The position numbers were made by a program, and so were the translations under genes. A model generated the notes under the pieces. It was not told the origin of the DNA, ran no database searches, and saw only the letters and a program-made list of their open reading frames with translations. A DNA stretch of 64,000 bases from Camelus ferus (lineage: Eukaryota), in assembly GCF_009834535.1 (NCBI RefSeq), contig NC_045697.1, positions 43,464,001 through 43,528,000 of the forward strand. The letters run 5' to 3'. Positions 62,946-64,000 of the stretch are shown here, piece by piece (position 1 is the stretch's first letter; each line of letters opens with the position of its first letter).

Positions 62946-64000
62946 TATTAGGTGAGCCATGGCAGTGAGGGGAAAGACAGAAGAGAGAGGGATGGGAGGA
63001 GAATGATGGGTATAAACTGGCCGATCTCTGGTAAGAACACAGTACCATAACATCCTCTATTAGGCGATCATGTCTGCAGCTGCAGGGACACATGTGAGAA
63101 TGGATACGCCAAGAATCTGGTGGCCAAGTTGGTGAGAAAGCAAATCTCCAATACTGAAAATAACTTCTTCCAACATGATACCACCGCATCTACAGTAAAG
63201 GGAATTCCAAATACCAGATAAAATAGCCATATCCATAGTCTTTAGGTCAGCATTTCCCAAAGTGTGTGCCTCTGACACTCGGAGCGCACATGCACAAAAG
63301 CAGCGCAATCCAGTAAACCAGAGAACCCTGTCTACCTGAGCTCCCTCACAAGTCGATTTAGTGCAGCAAAGGCTCAAGAAGCTTTACACAATTGCCCAAA
63401 GGCACCTTTTACTCATGTAAATGCCTACAGCATCCCACTGCACCGGTGCTCTAGGGGGAAGTAGCTCACTCAGACACCAGAAGCGGAGACACAAATGTCA
63501 TTTGGGGAACTTGACATTGCTTTCTCCTCCCCCATCTCGAATGAGACTGTGGTTTTGCTGATTCTGGACGGTCCAACAACTAGGAAAGCCCAATATGTTC
63601 AAAAATATTCCCTTAAATTGAATTTATAGATTACTTGTGAAGTCCTTCTGGAATAAAAAATTCAGAAGCATAGCAAGAATTAAACTTCTCACGTCAAGTG
63701 AGACCCTGCCCCGGGCTAGCAGAATGTTAGGCAGCAGTCGTCCTCCTGTGAGGGACCTGGCGTCTGAGAGTAACCATGGCAAGACATGCCTCACCTCCTT
63801 CTGCCCTGTGTCTTCACCTTTCTTCTAATAAGATTTTGTTTCCTTGGCTAATTAAAGCAGTATCTGAGTTGGTCAATAAAGAGTGTGAAGTCTGTAATTT
63901 TTTATTGCGATCCTTATAAATAAAACAGAAAGGAAAAAAGTTAAAGAACAAAATGGCCAACCCACTAGGCAGCGGTACACTGTTTTCAGGACCTCTAGCA

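Overview
A 64 kb, AT-rich, repeat-dense stretch of eutherian mammal DNA, most likely a camelid. It carries three tRNA-Ala-like SINEs resembling vic-1, and I saw no Alu, B1/B2, Bov-tA/BovB, PRE-1 or CanSINE. I recognise no host protein-coding exon or RNA gene. The ORFs with recognisable protein are pieces of LINE-1 ORF2 and a decayed endogenous retrovirus, and the other short ORFs look like noise. The most structured object is a 4.1 kb class I (gamma-like) provirus at 44388-48474. It has two CpG-rich LTRs, a tRNA-Arg(CCG) PBS and a PPT, and its internal region keeps only gag capsid, integrase and the env TM tail, with no recognisable protease/RT/RNase H. It sits inside a MaLR LTR about 30 bp from an L1 insertion. 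Other points of note are a twin-primed L1 carrying an unexplained internal duplication plus a foreign insert, two long ancient CR1/L3 remnants, a repeat-poor candidate enhancer block at 21-23.7 kb, and a speculative 15-nt microexon. Repeat subfamily names come from recalled consensus resemblance, not a database search. I found no convincing evidence of a wholly new biological system, and the deleted provirus is the best lead.
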